From positions 1 to 64,000 of IMG/VR virus record IMGVR_UViG_3300027754_000034: a DNA stretch of 64,000 nucleotides; one strand, written 5' to 3'. The first letter of the stretch is position 1, and every line of letters begins with the position of its first letter. This document shows positions 51,084 through 60,879 of the stretch, one piece after another. The translations under genes were made by a program, and so were the position numbers. A model generated the notes under the pieces. The model was given only the letters and a program-made list of their open reading frames with translations. It searched no databases and was not told where the DNA came from.

Positions 51084-54000
51084 ATGCCCATTAATCCACT
51101 CGGAGCCGGAGTAAGCAGATACATTAATGATAGAGACCGGCAGTATGCTGCTGTAGTTTTTCAGGTTGGTAAGCCACCCCTGGATTCTGAATTAAATTTA
51201 ATATCTCTCATTGATTTAGAGTCCAAAGCTGAGGAAGCACGCAGCCGCGTGGCATCCGGCTGGCTGATGAATGAAATAAACCCTTATGCTGATTTCTTAA
51301 CCCGGCCAGAATTTTCGAATCAGTTTTATTTCGGTAATAACTTCGCTGGAGAGTCCCGCAATATCACTTGGGCCATAGTAAATGGATGGCCCATACCTGT
51401 AGCAGGTACCAAAACGGGCGCTCCTCCATTAGCTGCTAATAATGTCGACTATTGGAATCGAATTACCCTAAACCCTCCATCCACTTCTACTGGCGGCAAT
51501 AGAGCAGAATTTGCTTTTCTAGAAGTTTGGCTTCAGCGTGTTGATGTAGACCCAGCAGCACCAGCAATTGCTCCTGGAAAACCGCTACGTGGTTATATAT
51601 ATAAATTTGGCAATGTAGAGGGTGGATTTTCCCCACTGCCAGATGAATTGGTAGACCCCGACATTAATTTTGAGACCACCAAGCGTGTTCAAATACAATA
51701 CAGAATCCGCGTTGTTGCTGATATTAATTTAGTATCCAATCCCGAGGGATTCGATCCTACATTAGTGTTTGCTCAGGGTAGCCTTTCAGGCCCGTCAGTC
51801 GTTCCATTCTCCAATATGCGAGAAGCCTTAGGCGACCCAGGATTGTGGCGTGCTGGAACCGGCGACCCAACTACTTTCGGAACTGCAGATGGGTTCGTAT
51901 ATGCTATACCGATTTGTGGTGTTTTTAGAAGAAATGCTGCGGGATTCAGCGACGTCGGTAACTTAGCTGGTTCATTTAATAGAAATTCAAAGGCTTTAAC
52001 GCGGGTGAATGCACTCACATTTACCGCTCCCATCGCCTTGCAAGCTAGTTTATCCTCTTTCGCTACTAGCTTTTCCATAGCCAGCATATCCGGAACTCCT
52101 CTAGATACCTTGACCTCATTTGGTGAGGCATACTTTAGAATAGATGATGAGATAGTAAGAGTCACCAGCGTAATTCAGATATCAGCCATAAATTATACAA
52201 TCAATATTGAAAGAGGGCAACTTAATACAATAGCACGCTCACATTTATTCGGGACCGAGTTATTTATATATACTGTTCGGCCAGACGGGTTGTTTGCGGA
52301 TCAGGTGTCCAATACTGATATTTTAGACTTGCGTCACTCAATAGCTGATAAATTTGATTATGATAGCATACTTCAATCTAACGTCGTAGAATTACTCAAA
52401 GGAAACCTACGAAGTACCTGGAAGAGGTACGGCACAACCAACACTGCTGGTCCAGTAATCCTATATGGTGATAGAATCACAGATTCTTCAATATTTACGG
52501 GCGGTCTTACTAGACTAGATGCTCCAGATGGTAATCGCAGAGCATACTCAGATGCCTCTGTAATGCAAAAATTCGTATTACCCGTCACAGTTCCTAGCAA
52601 TTCCCTCACACTAGGGAATAATATCCAGACCACTGTCAGTCCATATACTGGGACAGTAGTATGGTCCGGATCAGCTCCCGCTCACCCAACTGGTAGCCGA
52701 CTTAACGGTACTTACCCAACTTGGTGGAACGGCGACCAAATCACGGTAAACATACTTCCATTCCAAAATGGTGTTTCGATTGCTGATGCAAATCAGATAA
52801 GATTTATTACCCCATCAGAATTATCGGATTCTATCCTCGTTAGATTCGAGGGAATGACATCTGATCCTAACGGGGGTGATCCACTAGAATTACCCCCAAC
52901 CGCTCCAACAGCTTCGGACCCTTATTTAAACATCCCGATTTCTGGTCAAAGAATACTTAGAAACGGACAAGGAATCAGTGTAGTCGTTGATGGTTCCGGT
53001 AATCTAGTGATTACTTTAGCTAGCGGCGCTATCGATTCTGAATTCCAAGAATTCGTAGATGCTATTCAGGGAGAAACCGATCCAGGTCGAGTATCTCAGT
53101 ACAAGATGTATGTGGAGTTTACTGTTCTATATGGAACTGGTCGTGGTCTATCTCACCGACCCGACTGGATCCATATGGTCCAGTATAGAGGAACCCCGAC
53201 TAACGTAACAAAGACTCTACGTCGTAGTGGTCTTTCTACACTGTCGCCAATGGTACCTACCTACATAGGCGATTCTCCATTAGTTCAGACCGGAAACGAT
53301 CGTAATTTAGCCAAAACGTCGGAGGTCATGTTTGATCCCGGCTCTAAAACTGTTTACGTCGCTCCATACAGAATGCTGACCATTCCTCCTCTGGTTGCCA
53401 GGAATGGTGCTCTACTAAATTGGTATAATGGTGGAGCGAACACCCAAGGCTCAATGCCGCAATTAGACCAGGATGGCGTGAATACCGTTCATCCTGTTGT
53501 TGATCCCCTTACACTCTTCTTCACGGGGTCTGTTACTAAGTATGTCGAATTACCATTCCAGTACTTACCAAAACCAGGATTTCATTATGTTCCAATAGTT
53601 CCGATTACTGATTTGGTATATTCATCAGGTATCAATTTCCTAATGAAGTCGAGCCAGGGAGTTGTAGGAAATACTCCGGACTATAACCGAAATTATGTCT
53701 CCTACCCAGCCAATACCCCCGGTTACTATATAGTGACACCGGAAGTAGGAGAAGTGTATGGAAATAGCAACGGTAATAAATCCATATACGGTGAAAAGAT
53801 AACGATAGAAAAGGTAACAGGTAGAGAGGGACAGGCTTTTAAGGGAATCAAATTTCCACCCTTCTTAGGACCGGCAAGAATTACTGGCATTTATCTCAGA
53901 AGTGGTCTTGATGTCTCTCCCGCTTCCACTCCCTTTAATAATGACCGAATATTTATTGGTGGGATAGGGACAGACGTCAATCTTCTGCGAGACAGCTTCG

Positions 54001-55715
54001 ACGGACCAACGTTCCTCTTGGACGTTGATACGAACGGGGATCTATACTTTGTATTAAATGCCGAGGTTATAGACTTCAAGAGAGCTCCTGCAGGAACCAC
54101 TTTTGATAACGCACAATTCCTGGTCGAATGCACTTTGTTTTCTTATGACCGAGGATTCCTCCAGACAAATGGTCGCATTCTTTGCGCTAGAACGCTAGGA
54201 TCATCTGTAGCTCAGACTATTCCGGGATGGGACGGTTATTTATCTACGAACTTTAGCGTTTCCACGTTAGGTTTAATAGTCCCTGCTCCTTTGAGTGATA
54301 TCGCGAGTAACAACGAGGTAACTCTATACTACTCTCGGTCTCCATATCAGGGAGACCCATTCGGCACCCAGACAGCGTATTCCGATGATCCTTATAGACT
54401 CGGACCTCTGACTACTGGAGAGGCTTTAACTCTTCATAATAGTCCTCTTGGTCCTGTTCAAACACTAACTCTTCCCAATAAGGGGAATTTCGAAATATTA
54501 AGCTCTGTACGATTCGTGACTAGTCTTGGAACTGGTCGACTTTCGGGAGCGAATCCAATACCACTGCTTCTTCCCAGCGAGTCACCACTAAATCCTCCTG
54601 ACTACGCAGGAACTCTAGTGGACCAGACTAGAGAATATTCATTAAATCGAGTCGGCTATGACGACTGGTTTACTTCGAAATGGCCGTCAGATCCATCCTC
54701 ATTATCCACTAGGCCCCCTACGGTTCCGGGGGCTATTTCAGAACGTTTCGATAATGATATACATCCGGAATTTGCAGGGTGTGTTTCTAATTTACCTCTT
54801 GGTGCTTATTTTAGAGATAAGGACTTCGTAGGTAAAACTCTTTATCAAATGCGAACAGCAAGTAATATCGGCGGAAATCCCGTTGGTACACTCACCTTCA
54901 CCAATTATGAAGCGTCAATGGTTAAGGGCGTTGACGGTAGGTCTACCTGGCAAGGTCGAGATTATCTTTGCGGTAATAGTAGTAGTACATCAGGGTTCGG
55001 CACAGAATCATTAGCAAGAGTTGATGGAACCTATAATCTAGGTGATACCAAGGTCTTTAAGACCACTCGTGGCGGGGCTGCTTATTCCACCACTGGTCCT
55101 TGGCCTGGTGGAATACTAACTGGTTCATTCATCAAGACAAGACCAAATTCCGATGTTGGTGCAGTCTTACTTTGCAATGCCTATCTCGTAAGATCTCATC
55201 CTGAACAGTCACAGGGTGTAGAACTTCATCCCGGCAATGAACTACAAATGATACTGGTAACGCAGGCCGTTCCGGCTTATTTGCGGGACAATGAAATAGT
55301 TCATTCAGCTAGCGGAATCAGTGAGGGATATACTGCAGTAGAAAGATATAGGTTATTGGGGAAGCCTTTAGAAAAGCGGAGAGGCAGACTACCTAATGAC
55401 GTTTTGCCAGCAGGCAAGCCCTTGTACGGAAATAATACTTCGTTGCTGTTCGGTTCAGCTGATCCACCATTGGTGGCTGCAATACAAGAATCGATAGCTG
55501 TACTGGTTGACCTTCAAACAGTATTTGATTTATCGAAGAAGCCTGCAGACCCCTCCACAGTACAGATGTTCGTAAATGGAGTTAAACTCCAATACGGAAT
55601 AGATTATACCGTGGGTGGCGTTGATGATAAGGTCGTTACATATAGTCCTAGCCCTCCCGTTAGACCGGAATTATTAACCACTGATCTTGTGGAATTCTGG
55701 TATTTGGCTATCTAG
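51084..55715 (+). CDS. Tail fibre/baseplate anchor protein, paralog B (1543 aa)
   Basis: YAAVVFQVGKPPLDSELNL, LEVW, ETTKRVQIQYRIR, GLWRAG, RPDGLFADQV...DILDLR; C-terminal MFVNGVKLQYGIDYTV module. Confidence 0.75.
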   Translation: MPINPLGAGVSRYINDRDRQYAAVVFQVGKPPLDSELNLISLIDLESKAEEARSRVASGWLMNEINPYADFLTRPEFSNQFYFGNNFAGESRNITWAIVNGWPIPVAGTKTGAPPLAANNVDYWNRITLNPPSTSTGGNRAEFAFLEVWLQRVDVDPAAPAIAPGKPLRGYIYKFGNVEGGFSPLPDELVDPDINFETTKRVQIQYRIRVVADINLVSNPEGFDPTLVFAQGSLSGPSVVPFSNMREALGDPGLWRAGTGDPTTFGTADGFVYAIPICGVFRRNAAGFSDVGNLAGSFNRNSKALTRVNALTFTAPIALQASLSSFATSFSIASISGTPLDTLTSFGEAYFRIDDEIVRVTSVIQISAINYTINIERGQLNTIARSHLFGTELFIYTVRPDGLFADQVSNTDILDLRHSIADKFDYDSILQSNVVELLKGNLRSTWKRYGTTNTAGPVILYGDRITDSSIFTGGLTRLDAPDGNRRAYSDASVMQKFVLPVTVPSNSLTLGNNIQTTVSPYTGTVVWSGSAPAHPTGSRLNGTYPTWWNGDQITVNILPFQNGVSIADANQIRFITPSELSDSILVRFEGMTSDPNGGDPLELPPTAPTASDPYLNIPISGQRILRNGQGISVVVDGSGNLVITLASGAIDSEFQEFVDAIQGETDPGRVSQYKMYVEFTVLYGTGRGLSHRPDWIHMVQYRGTPTNVTKTLRRSGLSTLSPMVPTYIGDSPLVQTGNDRNLAKTSEVMFDPGSKTVYVAPYRMLTIPPLVARNGALLNWYNGGANTQGSMPQLDQDGVNTVHPVVDPLTLFFTGSVTKYVELPFQYLPKPGFHYVPIVPITDLVYSSGINFLMKSSQGVVGNTPDYNRNYVSYPANTPGYYIVTPEVGEVYGNSNGNKSIYGEKITIEKVTGREGQAFKGIKFPPFLGPARITGIYLRSGLDVSPASTPFNNDRIFIGGIGTDVNLLRDSFDGPTFLLDVDTNGDLYFVLNAEVIDFKRAPAGTTFDNAQFLVECTLFSYDRGFLQTNGRILCARTLGSSVAQTIPGWDGYLSTNFSVSTLGLIVPAPLSDIASNNEVTLYYSRSPYQGDPFGTQTAYSDDPYRLGPLTTGEALTLHNSPLGPVQTLTLPNKGNFEILSSVRFVTSLGTGRLSGANPIPLLLPSESPLNPPDYAGTLVDQTREYSLNRVGYDDWFTSKWPSDPSSLSTRPPTVPGAISERFDNDIHPEFAGCVSNLPLGAYFRDKDFVGKTLYQMRTASNIGGNPVGTLTFTNYEASMVKGVDGRSTWQGRDYLCGNSSSTSGFGTESLARVDGTYNLGDTKVFKTTRGGAAYSTTGPWPGGILTGSFIKTRPNSDVGAVLLCNAYLVRSHPEQSQGVELHPGNELQMILVTQAVPAYLRDNEIVHSASGISEGYTAVERYRLLGKPLEKRRGRLPNDVLPAGKPLYGNNTSLLFGSADPPLVAAIQESIAVLVDLQTVFDLSKKPADPSTVQMFVNGVKLQYGIDYTVGGVDDKVVTYSPSPPVRPELLTTDLVEFWYLAI

Positions 55716-55732
55716 TCGTCAGGCTTCTTTTG

Positions 55733-55770
55733 AGCTATCAATAGTGGTTATCTGACCACTATTGATAGCT
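55733..55770. promoter_or_regulatory. Perfect 16-bp hairpin upstream of the tailspike genes
   Basis: agctatcaatagtggt-tatctg-accactattgatagct, followed by tatattt. Confidence 0.8.
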
Positions 55771-55793
55771 TATATTTAGAGTTTAATGGGGTT

Positions 55794-55865
55794 TAAAACT
55801 AAATGACTCGTCCTCGTTCGCAACAGATCAACGATCCCGTTACACGTTATTCGAAGATCCCCTTA
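55794..55865 (+). repeat. 72-bp perfect direct repeat, copy 1 (leader plus first 21 codons of tailspike 1)
   Basis: Identical to 60808-60879; near-identity extends to about 100 bp. Confidence 0.96.
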
Positions 55866-58800
55866 CATGATAACCCCATATCAGGGTCAAGCTCTACCCT
55901 GATAACGGGGTCTGCTTATAATGACTTCTTAGATAAGTCCATATTAAAATTCACAGGAGGCGTTGAGGTACCGTGCCCAGCAGTTCTTATAGCTTCTTTG
56001 GCGGATCCTTATTTACTAGTTGCGGGAAACTCATTTAAGGTCTCTGTTAATTTAAATCAAGCTGTAGAAATTAAAATCACTGCTGCACAATTGGTGGTTC
56101 TTGGTGCCAGTAGTTTCGCTACCGTAGACAGGGTAATCACCCTGATAAATAGCACATTATCTTCGGTAAATATAACTTGGGCAAACGTAGCTGATGTTAC
56201 TGACTCCGGTTATTTAAGATTAACAAGTCCGACTTCGGGTTCCTCATCATCTATTTCAATATCAGGGCTTCCAGCCACATTACAAAAATTAGGTTTCGGG
56301 AACGTAGCCACATCCATATCCTACGGTAAGGATGTTTCACGGGGAATAGTTACCGTTGAACCGGATTCGTTCGGTGGGTACGCTCAAGCAGTATGGGAAG
56401 ACGGTAGCCCATTAAACGCCATATCGAATACCTTTTATTTCAACAATTCATCAGCTTACGGTTTATCGCAGAAAGTACCGACTGGACAACCTGTATATGG
56501 TAGAATTTCCGAAACCACGGCTCCTTCGTTAGAAATAAACTGGTATAGCAAATGTGAAGGATCAAACCCAGTAGTTTCCAAAAACCCATCATTCAGTTCG
56601 TTGGGTGCTGGCGAAACTTTAGTATTTTCCTCATATGATTTATATGGCAACTCCAGCAATAGCTTTACGGCTACATTTAGTGCTGGACCAACTTCTCTAC
56701 AAGATGTTATAAACGTAATAAATAATGCGTGGAACAGCATAACTGGTGGTCTTCAAGGCAGAGTTATAAGTCGAGTAACTTCCCCTTATTTCGTTGTTGG
56801 ATCGTTATATTTTAAATTAAATAATAACGCGACCATTACCGCAAATTTTGATGGAACAGAAAAAACTGCCACTTTAATAATAGCCAGAATCAACACTGCT
56901 GTCGCTGCGGCCATGCAGTCGTCCCAAGGAGAAGCTTATGTGATAGGCTCCGACTCTTTTGGTATTAGATCTAAAACTGGTTTCGGGGAATCAAGTTCAG
57001 TAGAAATATTAGGATTTAGTAGTTCTGATACCGAGAGGTGTCTTGGATGTCCTGTCGGTATATATAAAGGGTGGGAATTCTGTAAAGCCCGTGGTTCAAA
57101 TATACAGTTATCTGCGGCTTCCCCGACTTCTTATTACATAATTGGTGCGGGTTCTACAGCTCTAACCTTTTTAGGTTTATCTCATTACAGCACGGGCGTC
57201 AAGACCTCAATATTAAACAGATATATTAGAACAGAATTTCCTTCATATGATTCAACTATCGTACCTTTAAATTTCGCGGTCACTCTTTTAACACCAGAAT
57301 ATCTAGAGGCTGGAGATGTTCCTGATGACATCTTCACTAAGGAACGATTTACAGATTTAGTATCCTCTAATGCCTATAAATATCCGTTAGCCTCAAGCAA
57401 CACAAATGCAGCACGAGCAGGACAACAAGCCAGATATGGCCTAGACGGTTACATTCAAGCTGCAACTCTGCCTTATGAATTAGGAAGCGTTAAAGCGGGA
57501 AATGTTTATTTTCCATTAAATGGTGCTGTTTTATCTTTTCAATATACACTAAATTCGCAAGACTTAATATTCGAGGGCTTCCATCCTTTAAACCCTTCAA
57601 TTCGTCTTTATATTCACGATGACCAGACTGGTAGACCTGCTTGGTGTACATCAGTCAATGCTGTAAAGACGAATGTAAACGCATACACCCCAGATTTACC
57701 GGCTGAAGCCTCTTCAATCGTAGACCTTAGCGAAGAGGGGATTAGTATTAGCTTCCGAGATGCAAACAGTGCTACTCCGTATGTTCCAGAAAATGACTTT
57801 TCTTTCGCTCCATCAAGTTCTCCATCATTTGTAAAGGAGTTGTCCTTTTCTAAAAATACTTTCATTAATTTTAAACTTGGATCTGCAGCAATTAGTGATA
57901 AAAATATTTCAGATAATACTACAATAAATTTTTATAAGTTCACAAGTCCTGCTGGGAGCAACCAAGGAGACTCCGCTTTAAGACTTAACAGCAGGATAGT
58001 GGAAGACAAGACAATATTTCAGTCTATTAATGGACGCATTGAAATTTCATGTGGCGACGGCATCAGTACCTTTGGAGATTTTAACGGGATTGACGCTATA
58101 TGGAAAATATGTTCCATACTTTCGGTCCTACCAGCTTCGGATACACGACCAGTCTTCATCGCATTAAAGTCCGGTACTTACCATAATGATAATGCAAAAC
58201 CTTTAGTATTTTCGAATAGAAATGTTACAATCATAGGAGAGGGTGACGTAAACATAATTACACCTTCCCCATCAGATGACGGTACCATTACCTTTAATGG
58301 TACCGTAGACCCATCTTCAATTTCAAATCATATAAAATTAGAAAATATTAGGATATTTGCTAATATTTTTAGAGCAATAGAATGTGAGAATGTTACCATA
58401 GAATTAATAAACTGTTATATTGAAGGCTTGGGATTGTCTATCAGGGCAACGAGCACATCGGGTTCCTCCACATATTCCAATGGTGCTGCAGCCTACGTCA
58501 GGCAATGCACCATCGCTCATTCAAGTGTTAAAGATACCAATAGTTTAGTATACCTTAAATCATTAAATGATGACTCTCCTCCTGTCGTGTTCGACTCTTG
58601 TGTTTTTGACTGTAGCAACTGTATTGATTTTACCGTTCTTTTGGTAGAAGGACTATCAAAGAGAAATTCATATGAGGAGGTCTCGTTTAAAAATTCATCC
58701 TTTAAATTAGGAAAATATACGACACCAACAGTCGCATCAGTTCCTCCTTACACTCTTCCGAATTTAAATCATGATAACGGGTTATTAGCTCTACATCCCG

Positions 58801-60788
58801 CTAATGATGGTAGGACTGCAGAAGGTCTTATAATCGAATCAGTAATTTTTGAAGACTGCAGTATAGAAAACGCAGTGCAAGACTCCATTATTCTGCAGTT
58901 ATGTAGTGCTAGTGTTTCTCAATATGCTGCTGAATTTGCATCACCAAACAATTGGGGTCAGGTTAACAACCTCACCTTCAGTCGATGTAATTTTAACGTT
59001 TTATTCGGTGAAGAAACCCCGTATTCAACTATCGCAAAGTTCATAGTGGGGCAAGGAGTTCTCAATACAGTTCTAGATTCTTGTAATTTATATCTTAAAA
59101 CACAAAATGCAGTATTGGGGATGTCCGGTCAGTTACCCGACTGGTTTAAGTTTGTGAATCCTTCTGGTTATCGTGATATTGATTTAAACGCCACGAGTCT
59201 AATTTCTTTCAGCACGATGTTTGCCTTTGGTGGTAATAATACCAGAGTCATAAACACGAATTTTAATGATATATTTAGTAAATTCGGATTAACTGGAGTG
59301 TCCACCGTTATTTATGGTCTTTCTCTCGATTCTTTCATTGTAGAAAATTGCAGGATCTTAGGAACTGATGAACAAAGCGGTAATGGGGTTGAAGATTCTA
59401 CCAATATTTTCATAATAAATGAAGACCCATCTTCCCCATCATTTCTATCCAGAAGGGCCGTATCTATTTCAGGTTTAGACATAGTAGGAAAAAATCTCAC
59501 GAACGGGTACGAATGGAATAAAGAGTATGGATCAATTTGCAGTTTCATAGGGAATAATTTTAATATCGATAAATGTAGGATTGAAGGATGGACTAATACT
59601 CTTAGTCCTGTTTTGAAAAGTCGCACATATGGAATAAAGTTCAACGGTCATAATTATAAAATACTTAATTGTACAATTGCAGATACACAATGGGGTATAT
59701 ATAACATAAGCTTCGAGTATACCCCATTATTTGCTGAATGGGGAAATTATGTGATTTCGAACAATACGATAAGAGTGGGTGATTACCAACCAGCAGCTGA
59801 ACTGTCTTCTGGAATATACTTAACTAATAGCGGTTTCGCACCCACGTCGGATCCTATCATTATCAGTAACAATAACGTCAGTACAGGATACTGCACAGAT
59901 ATAATAGATGCTGCCATAGACTGCATGATAACCCCAGAAGATGCTAGTATATTAGATGATTCGCCTCTACTACACATACACGACAACACCATTAAAATAA
60001 GTACCGATTTAAAAAACGCAATATCTATTTTACCATCCGCTTTGGAAACAAGTCCTGGAGACATTCACAATCCCAAAGCAATAGTGTATGGTAATACCGG
60101 ACAAAAAATACAAGACTTGTCGATACTTACACCATTTTGTTATTTAGCGAATTATACTGCCGGTACTGGATATACGGCGATAAATCATAATAACGTACTA
60201 CCAGGCAGTTTAATAGGTGCAGAAACCGATACTAGCATAGTAGAATTTTTTCCAAAGCGCACATCCACTCCACTTAGTACTTATATTAATCCAGTTAGGT
60301 CGAGCAATCCAATTCATGTAGTTAATCTTCCCGATATTTGGAAACTGAACTTGAATATTAGTCTTACCGTAGAACATCAGGGTATAAACGGTCTGTGGAC
60401 AGCCCCTCCCGTTTTTTATATCATGACTACTAGAATAGTCTATTCGTATGACAATATAACTTACATAGACCTCCCTGATTCAGAAGTGAGTTCTTCGTAC
60501 TTTGAGGTTACGTCAATCATAGATCCTGGAATAGTTGATACATATATTTCTCCATTAACTCTGACTGGAGAGTTACCAAATGTCTCAACTTTCCATGATG
60601 GAGTTTTTTTTGATGTAGAAGCCGCTTTCTTAATACTCCCTCCGATCTCGCCTCTTGCGCCTTCTCCAATTCCATCTAATGCTTTTAACTTGGAGTTAAG
60701 GTGGTCAGCATCCGTTAAAACTCCCAAAAAAGATTATTTAGACGGTGCCATCATGTTAAACAACACTCTTCGACTAAAAACAGTCTGA
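55803..60788 (+). CDS. Tailspike / receptor-binding protein 1 with parallel beta-helix (pectin lyase-like) region
   Basis: ISCGDGISTFGDFNGIDAI...IALKSGTY...NVTIIGEG cap followed by Asn/Cys-ladder repeats (IELINCYI, VVFDSCVF, VISNNTI, IISNNNV). Confidence 0.8.
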   Translation: MTRPRSQQINDPVTRYSKIPLHDNPISGSSSTLITGSAYNDFLDKSILKFTGGVEVPCPAVLIASLADPYLLVAGNSFKVSVNLNQAVEIKITAAQLVVLGASSFATVDRVITLINSTLSSVNITWANVADVTDSGYLRLTSPTSGSSSSISISGLPATLQKLGFGNVATSISYGKDVSRGIVTVEPDSFGGYAQAVWEDGSPLNAISNTFYFNNSSAYGLSQKVPTGQPVYGRISETTAPSLEINWYSKCEGSNPVVSKNPSFSSLGAGETLVFSSYDLYGNSSNSFTATFSAGPTSLQDVINVINNAWNSITGGLQGRVISRVTSPYFVVGSLYFKLNNNATITANFDGTEKTATLIIARINTAVAAAMQSSQGEAYVIGSDSFGIRSKTGFGESSSVEILGFSSSDTERCLGCPVGIYKGWEFCKARGSNIQLSAASPTSYYIIGAGSTALTFLGLSHYSTGVKTSILNRYIRTEFPSYDSTIVPLNFAVTLLTPEYLEAGDVPDDIFTKERFTDLVSSNAYKYPLASSNTNAARAGQQARYGLDGYIQAATLPYELGSVKAGNVYFPLNGAVLSFQYTLNSQDLIFEGFHPLNPSIRLYIHDDQTGRPAWCTSVNAVKTNVNAYTPDLPAEASSIVDLSEEGISISFRDANSATPYVPENDFSFAPSSSPSFVKELSFSKNTFINFKLGSAAISDKNISDNTTINFYKFTSPAGSNQGDSALRLNSRIVEDKTIFQSINGRIEISCGDGISTFGDFNGIDAIWKICSILSVLPASDTRPVFIALKSGTYHNDNAKPLVFSNRNVTIIGEGDVNIITPSPSDDGTITFNGTVDPSSISNHIKLENIRIFANIFRAIECENVTIELINCYIEGLGLSIRATSTSGSSTYSNGAAAYVRQCTIAHSSVKDTNSLVYLKSLNDDSPPVVFDSCVFDCSNCIDFTVLLVEGLSKRNSYEEVSFKNSSFKLGKYTTPTVASVPPYTLPNLNHDNGLLALHPANDGRTAEGLIIESVIFEDCSIENAVQDSIILQLCSASVSQYAAEFASPNNWGQVNNLTFSRCNFNVLFGEETPYSTIAKFIVGQGVLNTVLDSCNLYLKTQNAVLGMSGQLPDWFKFVNPSGYRDIDLNATSLISFSTMFAFGGNNTRVINTNFNDIFSKFGLTGVSTVIYGLSLDSFIVENCRILGTDEQSGNGVEDSTNIFIINEDPSSPSFLSRRAVSISGLDIVGKNLTNGYEWNKEYGSICSFIGNNFNIDKCRIEGWTNTLSPVLKSRTYGIKFNGHNYKILNCTIADTQWGIYNISFEYTPLFAEWGNYVISNNTIRVGDYQPAAELSSGIYLTNSGFAPTSDPIIISNNNVSTGYCTDIIDAAIDCMITPEDASILDDSPLLHIHDNTIKISTDLKNAISILPSALETSPGDIHNPKAIVYGNTGQKIQDLSILTPFCYLANYTAGTGYTAINHNNVLPGSLIGAETDTSIVEFFPKRTSTPLSTYINPVRSSNPIHVVNLPDIWKLNLNISLTVEHQGINGLWTAPPVFYIMTTRIVYSYDNITYIDLPDSEVSSSYFEVTSIIDPGIVDTYISPLTLTGELPNVSTFHDGVFFDVEAAFLILPPISPLAPSPIPSNAFNLELRWSASVKTPKKDYLDGAIMLNNTLRLKTV

Positions 60789-60807
60789 TTGCATTTTCTA
60801 TGGGGTA

Positions 60808-60879
60808 TAAAACTAAATGACTCGTCCTCGTTCGCAACAGATCAACGATCCCGTTACACGTTATTCGAAGATCCCCTTA
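60808..60879 (+). repeat. 72-bp perfect direct repeat, copy 2
   Basis: Identical to 55794-55865. Confidence 0.96.

Noticed and set aside
4211-60788. Alternative genetic code (stop-codon reassignment, as in some large phages)
   Set aside because: Coding density is near complete with code 11, and TAG, TGA and TAA all end genes at sensible boundaries.
55733-60879. Invertase-driven tail-fibre shufflon
   Set aside because: Repeats are direct and both genes are co-oriented; no recombinase gene in the window.
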